Assembly (NCBI GenBank): GCA_904063045.1
Contig: CAJFCJ010000027.1
Span: 310,001-374,000 of the forward strand
Origin: Dimorphilus gyrociliatus
Taxonomy: Eukaryota > Animalia > Annelida
Reading direction: 5' to 3'
DNA: 64,000 bases
In this document: positions 26,883-42,734 of the stretch, piece by piece
How positions within the stretch are numbered: position 1 is the stretch's first letter
Layout: the number at the start of each line of letters is the position of its first letter
Notes under the pieces: model-generated
The model's database searches: none
Seen by the model: only the letters and a program-made list of their open reading frames with translations
Told to the model about the DNA's origin: nothing
Made by a program: the position numbers and the translations under genes

Positions 26883-26895
26883 TCTAGAGGGCGCC
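26883..26895 (+). promoter_or_regulatory. CTCF-like motif in the putative bidirectional promoter of GCKIII and the 79-aa gene
   Basis: TCTAGAGGGCGCC, about 170 bp upstream of the kinase ATG. Confidence 0.6.
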
Positions 26896-27060
26896 TTTTA
26901 TTATTACGGCATTAAAAAACGAATAATATTGATATTTCAATATATGCAGTCAACGTGACTAGCCCAGCCCCAAAATTGATCATGAGTCAATAAAAAAAGT
27001 GGAGTTCAAAAGGAAAAAATTTTGTTGAAAAAGGATAAGAAAAAAATATTAGTAAGAAAG

Positions 27061-30796
<3,736 letters not shown>

Positions 30797-32886
30797 ACAT
30801 CTTTAGTTATATCAGTAAGAGACACATGCTATATGTTATATAACAGGCGCAAATTTTTGTATCAGTTTCGGCTTCGAAGAATTATACAGTATAGACATGC
30901 ATATCCCCTTTCTGTTTTTATTCAGAATCGTTCATAGACGACTTTTCTTTTGTCTTTTTATGAAGAAGAATTAATGATTCAGCTATTTTTACTTAAAATT
31001 TTTATTAAGAAAAAGTAATAAGACAAGAAGATAGAATCGAATATATTTTAGATAAAGATCAATTATAAATATCTGAATATATTTGTAAAAATCTTATCCT
31101 TAATATTGTTTTTCTATTCAACGTATCATTTTAATTCAAAGTTTATTTTTCATTATTGATAAAATCATTTTATTTTGGCTCTTAAAGAAAATGACAGGAT
31201 GCAAAATATTCTTTACACGTGTTTGTTAAATAGCATATCAATATTTTCTAAAAAATATAAACATGTAATATTTAATTGTTTGTCATGTATATAACGTATC
31301 ATATACTTTGTATTAAATAATTATATTCGGCTTATCATTAAACTTTAACAAAGTTTTATCGAAATTTGTCTTGTTATTTTATTGTTTTTTAGTAGTTTTT
31401 AAGTCATAAATAATAAACTAATAATAATCATGAAATATAGACAAGAGAAAAAGGTAGATAGAGAGAGGGAGAGAGAGACAGAGCGAAATTGCAGTATACG
31501 CGATTATTTATAAAATTGTATTTACTTTCTATTCCTGTTCTTTCTTTTTTTGTTTTCTCTTTCATTTAAATTTTAACTATTATTTTCTTAACATTTTTAT
31601 CAATCATCTTAAAAAGAGATTCGTATGAAAAAAATACACATACGAATATTTCTGACTGAGTTTAATAATTAAATTTTTATTATAAATGATAATGAAAACT
31701 TCTTTGCTATTGATCTAAAACGTATTAGCTTCTATACAAAATGTGTATGGATTGAAATGAAACCATATGCTTCACCGATTAGTTTAATAAGAAGCTAACA
31801 ATTACGTCTTAAAGTTATAGACAGACGAAAAGTATTCTATATTATTTTACGCAAGTATATGAACTTTAGAGTATATATATATGCGACTATTCGATATGAT
31901 ATTATATATAAATACATTAATACATATATATGAATAGAGAAAAGAGGACGATTAAGAATAAAAAGATAATGAAAAAAAGTTTTTTCTTCCTTTGTTTCTT
32001 TTTTCAACATTTCTGTAGATTATCTTTTTTAAATCGTTTTGTTTTATAATATTTTACTGAGTCGCCTTCTTATTTATTATAAATATAGTAGAGGACATTT
32101 CTAATGCATTTTTTATCAGATATTTTATCGGTTTTTTTTATTATACAGTAAAATACAAATACAAACCGAGTCCATTACGAATAGATAATACATATAAATA
32201 TATATAAATATATATATATACTTTATATATATATTTATAGAGAATCGGCACGACGTTTACTCGTAAATGCAGTTGATATATAATGAATACTGAAAATTAT
32301 CTATGTGTACATACTGTATTCATTTATATACATATACAGTATATAGACACATAAGATAGCATTTAATATGTATGCAGTATATTTAATGCTTGTACATACT
32401 TGTAAAATAGGACAGATACACAAATAAAATGCGTATATATCGAATGGGACGAATGGAAAATGAACGACCTAATTTTGTTGCTAGCGTTGAGAATATTCTT
32501 TTCGCTAGTTCCTTTATCCAACTAAAAAATTTTTCCTATTTCAAACATTGGTTTCCGTTGTTGTTTTAGAAATATTTTTCTATTTTGGCTTGTTCTGAAA
32601 GCAGCAGCACCTTGTTTTTAAAAATGCCAGTGGTATATAACGGAGAGAGAGAGTGAGAGAGAGATACAGGGACAGAGACAGAGACAGACAGATAGTAAAG
32701 CAAACATAAATTTTTCATTGAAATAGATTTCAGTCTTTTTTCTTTCGTTTACAGAGGACTTGCGATATAAAAATAATTAAGAAAATCTAATCAGCTGTTA
32801 TGTAGACAGTAAATCCACATATCAGTTAATTCTTTAGAAGCTCCTTGCCTAGGTTTTTGCTTGCTAGCTAAAGTTTAAAAGAATTT

Positions 32887-33375
32887 CTAGTCGGACGGTG
32901 ATCTATTCCCTTCCGGTAGTTCTGGCATGTGTCTTTGGGATATTTCATCCAACTTTTGGGAGAGGTTATTCGATTTTCTAAATAGAGGAGGAGGGGTTGC
33001 TGGCCTAGGCTTCATTCTTCTCTTTCGAAGGCTTTCAGGACATGTCTTTGATCTGGGACGGAAATGAATGTGGTCGTCACAAGCTAGACGATAAGCGTAC
33101 GATGGACTTTGGGATTGGTAGTCATTTGTCTCTTTTTTAGGATTTTTATCGGTACGTTTTCCCGTCCTTTTCAGGTTTGGATCGGTCAACGATCTTTGTC
33201 GAAAAATCTTCTGAACGGAACATAACGTAACACCTTCTAGATTGACGACGTCTTCATTTTTAAGATTTTCAGAACTCTTCGATGTTTTAAGTATTCTAAA
33301 ACTACCTTGTTTTGTTGTAAGTCGATCGTTGAATTCCTTTGTTAATTCATTGATAGAATTCATGTTTTGAAGCAT
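32887..33375 (-). CDS. Orphan, probably disordered 162-aa protein with two RxRxxT/RSxTxP motifs
   Basis: The ORF is GC-richer than its flanks. It contains RQRSLTDP and RPRSKTCP. A CTCF-like motif lies about 240 bp upstream. Confidence 0.7.
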   Translation of the reverse strand: MLQNMNSINELTKEFNDRLTTKQGSFRILKTSKSSENLKNEDVVNLEGVTLCSVQKIFRQRSLTDPNLKRTGKRTDKNPKKETNDYQSQSPSYAYRLACDDHIHFRPRSKTCPESLRKRRMKPRPATPPPLFRKSNNLSQKLDEISQRHMPELPEGNRSPSD

Positions 33376-33615
33376 TCAATTCAATTCAGTCCAATTTGAT
33401 TTCGTAGTAAATATAACATACCGATGTCTGCCAAATAATACTTTACAACACTATTTATATCCGTCTATATATCTTCAGGAAATCTTTTTCGTTTTTCTGT
33501 CTAAAAAAATATATTTTCAGTTAAAAAAATATATATTTGACTAGTTGTTTCTTTCCCGTCGGCTATAAACCTAGCGATTGGTGATCTTGGCAAATTTTTC
33601 AAGCCTTCCGATCTG

Positions 33616-33629
33616 AACGCCATCTATAC
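33616..33629 (-). promoter_or_regulatory. CTCF-like motif
   Basis: The reverse complement is GTATAGATGGCGTT, upstream of the 162-aa gene. Confidence 0.5.
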
Positions 33630-36600
33630 TAGAGATAAAACCAATGCGATATTCTGATATTTAAATTTATATGTATATATATATAAATATAGCCTAGGAT
33701 TAAAAAAGATTAGTAAATAGGTAACAGGGCATATAATCCAAATGATTGATGGTTTGTTTAATATTTCATCTATTGTTCTTTTTTTTGAGTAGAGATTCTT
33801 CTTTTTCCATTCTTTTCTTCGCAAAGAAATTTACTTTAAATAAATTTCTTATATAAATGTCAGAAAGAAAGATCGATTAATTGGGAGAATATTAAGTTTC
33901 GTATAAAAAATAGCGCTCCAGTCGAACAAATTTGAAGCTTTTATACAAAATATCTTTAAGACCTTTAAAAGCTGACAAAAAAGTGACGTCATTAATATTT
34001 CGTTGAGACAGTTGTGAAAAATTTCCAGTTAACCTTCGAATAACTTATAAGACAGATTTGCACAATAGTTTATATGTGGTATATTAAATAAAACAGTCTA
34101 GTTGTACGGATGGATACGTTATATATTGTATTATATTAGCATATCCCTTCACTAAATCTCATTATATTGTTAATAAAAATCAAAGATATTTACTGATAAA
34201 CTTTAAGGTATTTCATGTGAATTCCATTAGATACTTCTATTTTCCAGATAAGGAAAAGGGACGCCTACAACTAAAATGAATAAGTTAATGAATCATTGAT
34301 ATTGGCAAACATTTAATTAACAAAAGCATCAACACTTTTCTGGAATATATTTACATAACTTAAAAGATAAAATACAAGTTTTTATTAGATTTCTTAAAGA
34401 AGGATACGAGCTCTTTTCTCTTGTTAGTTACGGTAGTAAAGTGCATTTATACATTGTCAATATATGATCAAGTACTGAATGAATGAATAGTAGAAAAATG
34501 GCGTTTATTTTTTAATGGGTAGGCTAAATGATACAATAAATAGTTAGAATACTTTACAAAATAAGATTACAACGAGATAGCATGATATATAAAACTGATA
34601 AGGAAATGATTAACTCAATTACCAGCTTAAGTTTCAATGTGGAATGAAAAAGACAATCCTGCTTTGATTTTTTTATTTCTCTCTCTCCCTCTCTCTTTTA
34701 GGCGTCTAGCTGTTTTTTGTCTGAAGCAAAACTGATTGTCAACTGACTAGAAACAAGGCGTTCCCTTGTGAAGCCTGACACATTTTACAGGTCTACACCC
34801 TTTTTCTTAGGCTGAATTAAGTTAAAGGTATTTTATTTTAGCGACTAAGGAATTCTTTACTATTCCGAAGATGGTATTAATTTACATAAATTGGTGTAAA
34901 ATAGAAACTCTTTTCTCGCATATAAAAAAAGATCCGACAAAAGATGAGAAAAAGCTAAATGAGGAAAGACAAAATTTTTAAAGATAGAAAGAGGAAAAAA
35001 ATGTGAAAGAATCTATAAAGAGAGAGAGAGAGCGAGAGAATAGAGTAGACTGTCATGTACGTTAAAAGTTGTTAGCTATATAAAAAAAAAGAAATTACAA
35101 ATAGATTCGTCCAATACCTATTTATCATCGTTGAAATTACCTAAAATAACACAAAGTAAAGGTGAAATTATACTTATTTTCAATTGATTTTTTTCGTTTA
35201 TTTTATATTCTTTCCAACTTGGTGTCGTTTTTATGCACTAACTGTATATCCTAAGTGTACGATTGTAAATTGACTTGGAATTGAGAAAAACTGGTACTTA
35301 TGAACGGTAATTAGCTTGCAGTTAGTCTAAAAATAATATTCGAAATGTTTTTTATGTTTAATAATTAGTTGTGAAATTTCCTAAATTAAAGTCGTTACTC
35401 TCCAAAGGAAACATCCTTTACGTGTTATTTACTAGAGAAGTAGCCAATAAATAGTTAATTCTCATTCTCTAATAAACAATTGTACATATTTTATTTTGCA
35501 TCATTTACGAGGGCGTTGACAACTTTCTCTTTCCTTTTCACTCTCTCTCTATCATCATTTTAAAACTACTTTTCATCTCTGTCTTTTAATATACCATTGG
35601 ATTTTATCAAAGAGATTTAATATATTTATATGAATAAATACCGCATGTCCTACATCCAAGATAACGTTACATACTCTGCTCGCTTTTTTTCGCTTCCTTT
35701 ACCGCCTTTAATGGAAAGGAACCTTTTCAGCGATTAAAAACTTGTCAATGAAAGGTTTATAACTTATATAAAGTAATATATACTATATATATATAGATGT
35801 ATATACAATATTATATGTATTATATGTTTACTAAAAAAATAAACTAGTATTCTCTAAGAAAAGTATGAAATCTTTAGCTATAACAGAAATTGCGAGTCAT
35901 CAGGAGTTAATGATAAAATTTCAAAGAACGAATACCCTTTGATGCTTCAATCTACAACTTTCTTTTTCTTCTAACATAGAAAAAAAACCGAGAATATATA
36001 CAGTACTTCCGACTCCAAGAATGAATAAAATACATTCATTCTTCTGACTTTTTGTATTTAACTAAATATCTCTGGAAATTCTCTAATAGTTTCATAGAAA
36101 CGTATAAATACATAAACATTTTCATTAGGAAAGAGTAGTCGAAAAGGATGAAAAAAGATGTATTATATTGTATATTGTAAAATAAACAGAACAAGTAAGA
36201 AACATAGAGAATAATTATACTTCAAAGTTGACGTTCTGTTAAATAACTTGTTTTTTATCTACATATTTTGTTAGTGAATATAACAAGTTATATAAAAGAG
36301 AAAACTTTCTTTTTAAGTAAAGAACAAACAAAAGAGTAACGTACCGATTATGATGCTAATCTAGCTGAACGTATGTGCAACTACAACAGTTGCAAGTGAG
36401 AGACTGACGATATTAAGTAGTAGGCGCTTCATTAAGTCACATGCATGACCGTATCCAATCCGCTTAATTCTGCTGCAGTGCATTTATTTCTGTTGACATT
36501 CTTTTCGCATCAAATTATTGCCGGTCCTGTTTAATTACCCTATTATATATCATTGAATATTATTGAATTCTTGAATGATTGTTTCACATTAACTTCTTTA

Positions 36601-36759
36601 CTTCTTGTAAATAAGTTTCGTAACATTACAAAGTTTTTAATATATTTCTTATTTTGTTTATAATAAAAGAGAGATGTTACTGTCTGTAACATTGATACTG
36701 GTAGAGAATTCGGTCAAGATAAGCCAGAAATAATAATATTCTTTCTTCTTTTTCGCCTG

Positions 36760-36794
36760 CCCCATACTACCCCCTCCCCTCCCCGCCTTCCCCC
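36760..36794 (-). other. Potential G-quadruplex-forming sequence
   Basis: Five C-tracts of 4-5 nt on the + strand give G5-AAGGC-G4-A-G4-A-G5-TAGTAT-G4 on the - strand. Confidence 0.6.
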
Positions 36795-39402
36795 TCTCCT
36801 AAATAGTTTATTTACATTAGAAAATGAGGCCAAATTTTCATATTTACCAAAATATCTATATAACGCTTGCATACAATAAAGAAATGATGGAAAATATGTC
36901 TTTTATTCATTTAATTTATTTCCTATTGTTTTTTTTCTTTATGCTATCCATTCATTACTTTAAAAACTTTTAATTAAGAATAGATGACAGAATAGGGATT
37001 CATCAACCAACGAATGGAAGAAGAATGAGGAAAAAAAGAACATCTATCTTATTGAATAATTTCGTGAGATTGTAAATGAAGGCTGTTAAGTAACAAGATT
37101 AAATGAGGATAGTGACCCATTTGGAAAAACAAGATATTTGAATAATTTGTACAATCAGATCAAAATGAAAAACACAGAGATGACATTGTTTATAACTACT
37201 TTTGACATGGTTGAAAATCGTATTTACTAAACAAAAATACATAAACAATTACATCGAAGAAAAAAGTTTTTTATTGTTTCTTTAATCGTCTGAATGTTGT
37301 AAAATTTCGGCAAAGATCAAAAAGTTAATAACGTTAATGGACGTAGAACATTTCTATATAGATTATATTGCAGGTTTTGTTTCAAATGGACCATTAGTTT
37401 AGAGTGAGAGATTGAGTATATTCGTATTATAAAAACAGAAACTTTTCAGTTATTTATTTTATACTTTTTATATAATCTTAATCTCGATATCGAATGGTCG
37501 ATTATCAAATTATCGTGTTTATTTCAATTACAAAATTTGTAGTTTGGTTGTTTGCTACGTTCCTTTTTTGCTATTTATCTGTCCATTTGTTTCTCTTTCT
37601 TCCTCTTTCATTGTTTGCCTGTCTCCTATCTTGTCTTTTCTATTCCTGTTGGCCCAGTTTTTAGTTTTACACCTAGTCTTTTGTCCATGAACAGTATACG
37701 AAACTGGTACTATTTGGTTCTATCTATAATTTTTCAGCCTTTCTTTCGTGGGATGACTAAATTATAGCATCGACTTGTTAATGTAAATTATAATTTATTC
37801 TCTTAAATCTATTAGGTAACACTTTCCGTTGAAATGTCATCCGAAAATTTACCCTTTTACCCATTTACGGTAAGAGTATCTCTTTTCGTAGTTAGAGAGC
37901 ACTTAGAAGATGGTAGAGGATGTTAAAATATTTTTGATAGATATTGTCACTCGACCTCTTGATACATGTGTTAAATATTGTACATTTTTTTTATCTCAAA
38001 CATAATTTATCCCATATGATCAATATCTAAAAATCTGCAAAGCTGTTAGGACTGATATTTAAGGATTCTGTAAATTTAATTACCCAGTCTATTCATGTAC
38101 TTATTGAAAATATTGTAGTGTTCATTTATGCTGTTTTGAAAAGAGAATTATACGTTTTTTACGAGCATATTTTTGATTATATTTTATAATTCGAAAAGTA
38201 TAGGGGAGTATTTTCGATATTGGTTGATTCAATGTACTTTTTTCAATGTAGAACAATTGGTAATTTTGGTAGAGTATGTGTCTTCTTCCAATTACCCTAT
38301 GTCTCTCTATTCATTTCTATTTTGAATAATGTAATAAGATATCTCTTCAACTATTATTATATAAGACATATGTTTTATAAATAAAGTCTATTCTTTACAT
38401 CTCAAAAGTTATTTGTCTATTGTTGAAGCACACTTTTTCAGCATTCTCTTAAGTTTAAAAGGACTTCATTAAAGCTATAGCTGAGATTATTCTAATAGAG
38501 ATAAACACTTGGCTTCTGTTTTATCTCCCCGAGAAGTTGCGTAATAAAATAGATAAATAAATAAATTTTCCATCTGTCTGTTATTCCTTTTCCAGAATGT
38601 TTTCCAAGTGTTATTTTCTTAAAAAATACATCAAAAGTATGATAAATATAGCATTTAATAAATCTAGCAAAAGACTAGATATATTTAATATCAGAAAAGT
38701 AATATACTGTACTTGTTTCTCTATCTTTGTCTCCTCTCTCTCTCTCCCTTTTTCCCTCCCTCTCTCTAGACTTGGAAATTAGAGAACTGTACGGTGTTTT
38801 TTTCGCATTTACAGCTCGTGTTATTTGTAAACCAACTCTAATGCCATTTACATCATTATTTAACACTGTCTTATAAGATTGAGCATAAGTACTAATATTT
38901 TAATTATTTTAATCATATTGACTTAATAGCTCTAAAATTGGTGTTATTTGCTAATTTTTTATTACAAAACTTCATTTTTCCATCTTATTTCTTCTGTATT
39001 TTATATGCTATTGTTATATAAATTTATATATAAATATATATCTATATATAGTATCTTATATCTCCTATTTTCAGAACTGAAAACCACCTATAACTAACAA
39101 ACACAAACTATAGATATAAATATATTGATTATTCAATAGATTTTAATAGAAAAAAGGAGAAATTTTCAATATTATTTATAATTTATAGGTGTAATAATTC
39201 AAGGTTAAACTACCAAGATTACTATGTATACTATTCGTAGAATAATAATATAGACCGTGAAAGAACCCAGCAGACTATATGCTAATAAAATGTTTCGATT
39301 GTTTACGTTATTACTTGAATTATATTCGAATTAAGATAATAATAGAGGTATATCTTTTATTTAATCTCTTTGGACCTAGTTTCCTCAGGTTTATGTATGT
39401 AC

Positions 39403-39436
<34 letters not shown>

Positions 39437-39637
39437 ACAGCTGCTATAGGTATTGATTTTCTTCAGTCATATGTTGCCTGAGCAGAGGCTATTGCTCTAA
39501 TAAAATTGCTGGAAATTTTTTGTATTATCTAATCAATATTAAATTTATCGAATCGATTAATCAAATTCGTGTAGAAATATGTTTTTGAAAGCTTAATTTT
39601 ATATTTTATTCAGAGAGAATAGATTTCATTTAACATA

Positions 39638-39961
39638 ATGCCGTCCGTTGATCAAGTCTATGAGCAAATTCAAGATAAACTCGACCAATTAATGTTTGTA
39701 AACTTTGATTTATTCATATACTGTTTATTTAAGCTTTATTTAGAAAGATTTCAGTAAAATAGAAATGCTAATATTACAAAGAGAAATCTTGTAAAGTGTA
39801 CGATATTTTTTAAATATAGGGCAGACGGATGTATAAATGCACATCAAGTTAAAAATGGACGAATAGAGGTTGAAGTTGCAGACTCCATTGAAGAAGTTCG
39901 AAGAATTATAAACGGCTGGTCTGAAGTCATTGATACTCACTATTTCACCTTTAAGAATTAA
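39638..39961 (+). CDS. Candidate small 2-exon gene (65 aa) absent from the ORF track
   Basis: Exon 39638-39693 (AT|GTTTGT) and exon 39820-39961 (TATAG|G) give MPSVDQVYEQIQDKLDQLMADGCINAHQVKNGRIEVEVADSIEEVRRIINGWSEVIDTHYFTFKN. Both exons are GC-richer than their flanks. Confidence 0.45.
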
Positions 39962-40446
39962 AATTTTTCAACTTGAAAATGTAAACTGAAAGATAAATAT
40001 CTCATATTGATTTATTATATTAATACTATAGAATATCAACGGAAAAAACGAACGATGACAGCCACATGTCAATACCATTCGACTGCAATCAAAAAGACTG
40101 TGTGAACTCATTTTTCAGTTCTTAATTTAAACATTTACGAAAGAATTTTAACCATATCAAAAATGAGAATATCAATATCTATTATATCATTAACTACATA
40201 TAATAATGTATTATTAAAATAGAAAAATACACAAATCACTAGAATTTGATTTTTGATTAGTAATGACAACTGAATATACATTTGAAATGATTTATATAGT
40301 TTTTACATATCGACTATTTAAACGATAACGCTTCATTCTAGTTTTCTTATATTGTATTTATTAAATTATTAATAAAATCTAATAAAAAAATTCAATACAA
40401 AAGGGACAAAACAAACTGTATAGAAAATAAATAAAAAGTTCTCTCT

Positions 40447-42173
40447 TCACTCTTCCTTCACTGATTTAATGTATTCTGTTTTATTTGAACATACTTTTAA
40501 TCTGCTGTTAAAGAATGGCATAGGAGTTGTGCAGGTAAAATCTGACCATGGCGTATAAACGTAAACTCCCGTAAAGTTGGATTTTTTCCTTATTGTTGTA
40601 CCTAGATAGTGTAATCTCCAACCCTTTTGAAATTTTTCACCTATTTCTTCACACGTCTTACCATTTGTTTCTATTTGAATAGTTGCTGCATTAAATTGAA
40701 TTTCGCCGAACCAACCTCCTGAATCTTTTGTATACTTAAATGCAAAAAGTATCTCTGTAGCGTTAGTACATTCAATTGGTTGATATTTAGCTTGTTTATT
40801 ACATTTATACGATCCTTTATGGACGCCTCCTTTCATAACTATATCCGATATTTCACGTATTATATAGGGTCGAGTTATATCTCTTCCCTCTAATAATAAA
40901 AATCTATTAAGTAGAAATTTTCTTTTGATTTTTCCATCGGCAAAATTCTGAGATAATAAGAAAATCGATGGTTTTAAAAATTCTTCGTTCATTTTGACTT
41001 GAACGGCTGTTTTCCAATGCATAATTGGGAAGGCAATCACTGCTGAGAAAGTTAGGCAGCTACACATAAAGATAAGGTGGGCTTTGAATTTTATCTCGTG
41101 CTTTTCCCCTCCGGCCATATGGGCGTGCCATAGTATCCTAGTAAAATAGAATACAACCGTAATAGATGCGGACGTAGTTTGAATACTAGTCATAACGTGA
41201 CTAGAACAATACGCAATGGAATAATTAACCCCGGCCAAAGGTAATTCAGAGAAGGGAAGAGTCAACAAGAATTCATATGATATAGGTATAAGTGTCTTTT
41301 TTCTAACGCTTTTAAATACATACAACGAATTAACAGTTTGAAAAATGTAAACAATAATCGCTGAAATACTGAATGAGAACAAAAGCCAAACTTGAGCATC
41401 AGAAGGTCCTCCAACCATTAAACCTCGATAGGCCGATAGAGGCGCCATTTGAAAATAATTAAACCAGTGAAGTGCTAGATGGCAGCTGCTGAGGAGTATC
41501 TGGCAGATAACCCAACCATAATGAGAAGTTGCCTACAAAGATAAATTAATCTACAGCTTGTTTTACGTTACTAAATTAATTAAGTAAATATATAAGCCTA
41601 TTTCTAAATACATAAAGAAATAAGTTAATCTAAAAGAGGAACAGGTTAATGAAAAAATGTTGAATAATTTAAATATAAATGCAAGTAACGTCTCTATATG
41701 AAGGTGTTGTCTGTTTTTTTTCGATATTACTTCTTTCTTTCTTTCTTTCTTTTCATTAACGACTACTGCCGTCTAAAGGAGTATAATTAAGAAAATATTT
41801 TGTTTATCCGCCTTACCTTACCACATAAATGATCGCTGGTCTTTTTGAATTTTCTCTTTAAATCCATTTGAAAAGTGGAAGCACGCTTTTCTTCATCTGC
41901 AACATTTAGTAAACTAACTCTTAAACTTTTCTCTAATCGTAAATTCTCTTCGGATGAAAGACTCGAGACTGATTCGGCAACAGCCAAATTTGCCATTTGA
42001 TAATTTCTACCTTGTTTTATCGTATCACAGTCAAATGGATTTAAATTTTTCCACAATTTATCATCATCGCGAAGTACATTCTCTTTTGATGTAATCTCCA
42101 TACTGGATGTTGAGGATTCAGACAATCCGGATGAAGGGGGTTGTCCCAATTCTCTAAGTCGAATTTTTATCAT
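40447..42173 (-). CDS. Uncharacterised multi-pass membrane protein B (long cytosolic N-terminus, about 5 TM, Cys-containing ectodomain), 2 exons, 480 aa
   Basis: Exon 42173-41817 (AAG|GTAAGG) and exon 41532-40447 (TTTGTAG|GCA) fuse the 128-aa and 333-aa track ORFs. The splice restores TM1 (VICQILLSSCHLALHWFNYFQM). It is a paralogue of 3657-4814. Confidence 0.85.
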
Positions 42174-42320
42174 AATTCTGTTGGTACAACCAGTTAAAAG
42201 TAAAGGGAATTATTTAGCGAACAAGTAGAAAAACTGTTCAATTTATCGACAAGCTGCTCGGGTACCAGCTGCTAGTGTTCAATGTTTGATGAGTTTTAAT
42301 GATGTTTTCTACGTAGATTG

Positions 42321-42336
42321 CTGCCAGATGGCACTG
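42321..42336 (+). promoter_or_regulatory. CTCF-like motif
   Basis: CTGCCAGATGGCACTG, about 150 bp upstream of the ATG of 5-TM gene B. Confidence 0.55.
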
Positions 42337-42703
42337 AAATATTAACCTTTTTCTCAATCTTATACAACATTTATTCTTAGACTGTATTGCAGTTTTTGAG
42401 TTGATAATGGAATCGAGCTTATCAGTTTATTACGGATATTCAACAGCAATTGATAAGCATAAACTAAAAAAATCTAGTAAACTAATCGTTTTCCAGTTTC
42501 TATTTATTCCAAATCATATGCTATATATAGATATTTTGTTTATATTTTCGTTTTAAAAAAGAAAGACTCTCTTCCTTTCAGTTTCTTATCTTTATGCCTT
42601 CCTCTCCTACTTTTATAAGATATAAGGCTGTTTGCTTCGTTTATAATGCATTTAATTCACCTGTTCAAACCGTCAATATACTAAATATATATAATATATA
42701 TAG

Positions 42704-42734
<31 letters not shown>

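Noticed and set aside
33984-33991. Perfect CRE (TGACGTCA) upstream of the 162-aa gene
   Set aside because: One 8-mer in 64 kb is close to chance expectation, and there is no other support.
36350-36410. Possible C/D-box snoRNA (ATGATGC...CTGA)
   Set aside because: The C box is imperfect, there is no terminal stem, and I recognise no rRNA guide.
41472-41488. CTCF-like GTGCTAGATGGCAGCTG listed as a regulatory feature
   Set aside because: It lies inside coding exon 2 of 5-TM gene B (SSCHLA codons), so it may be incidental.
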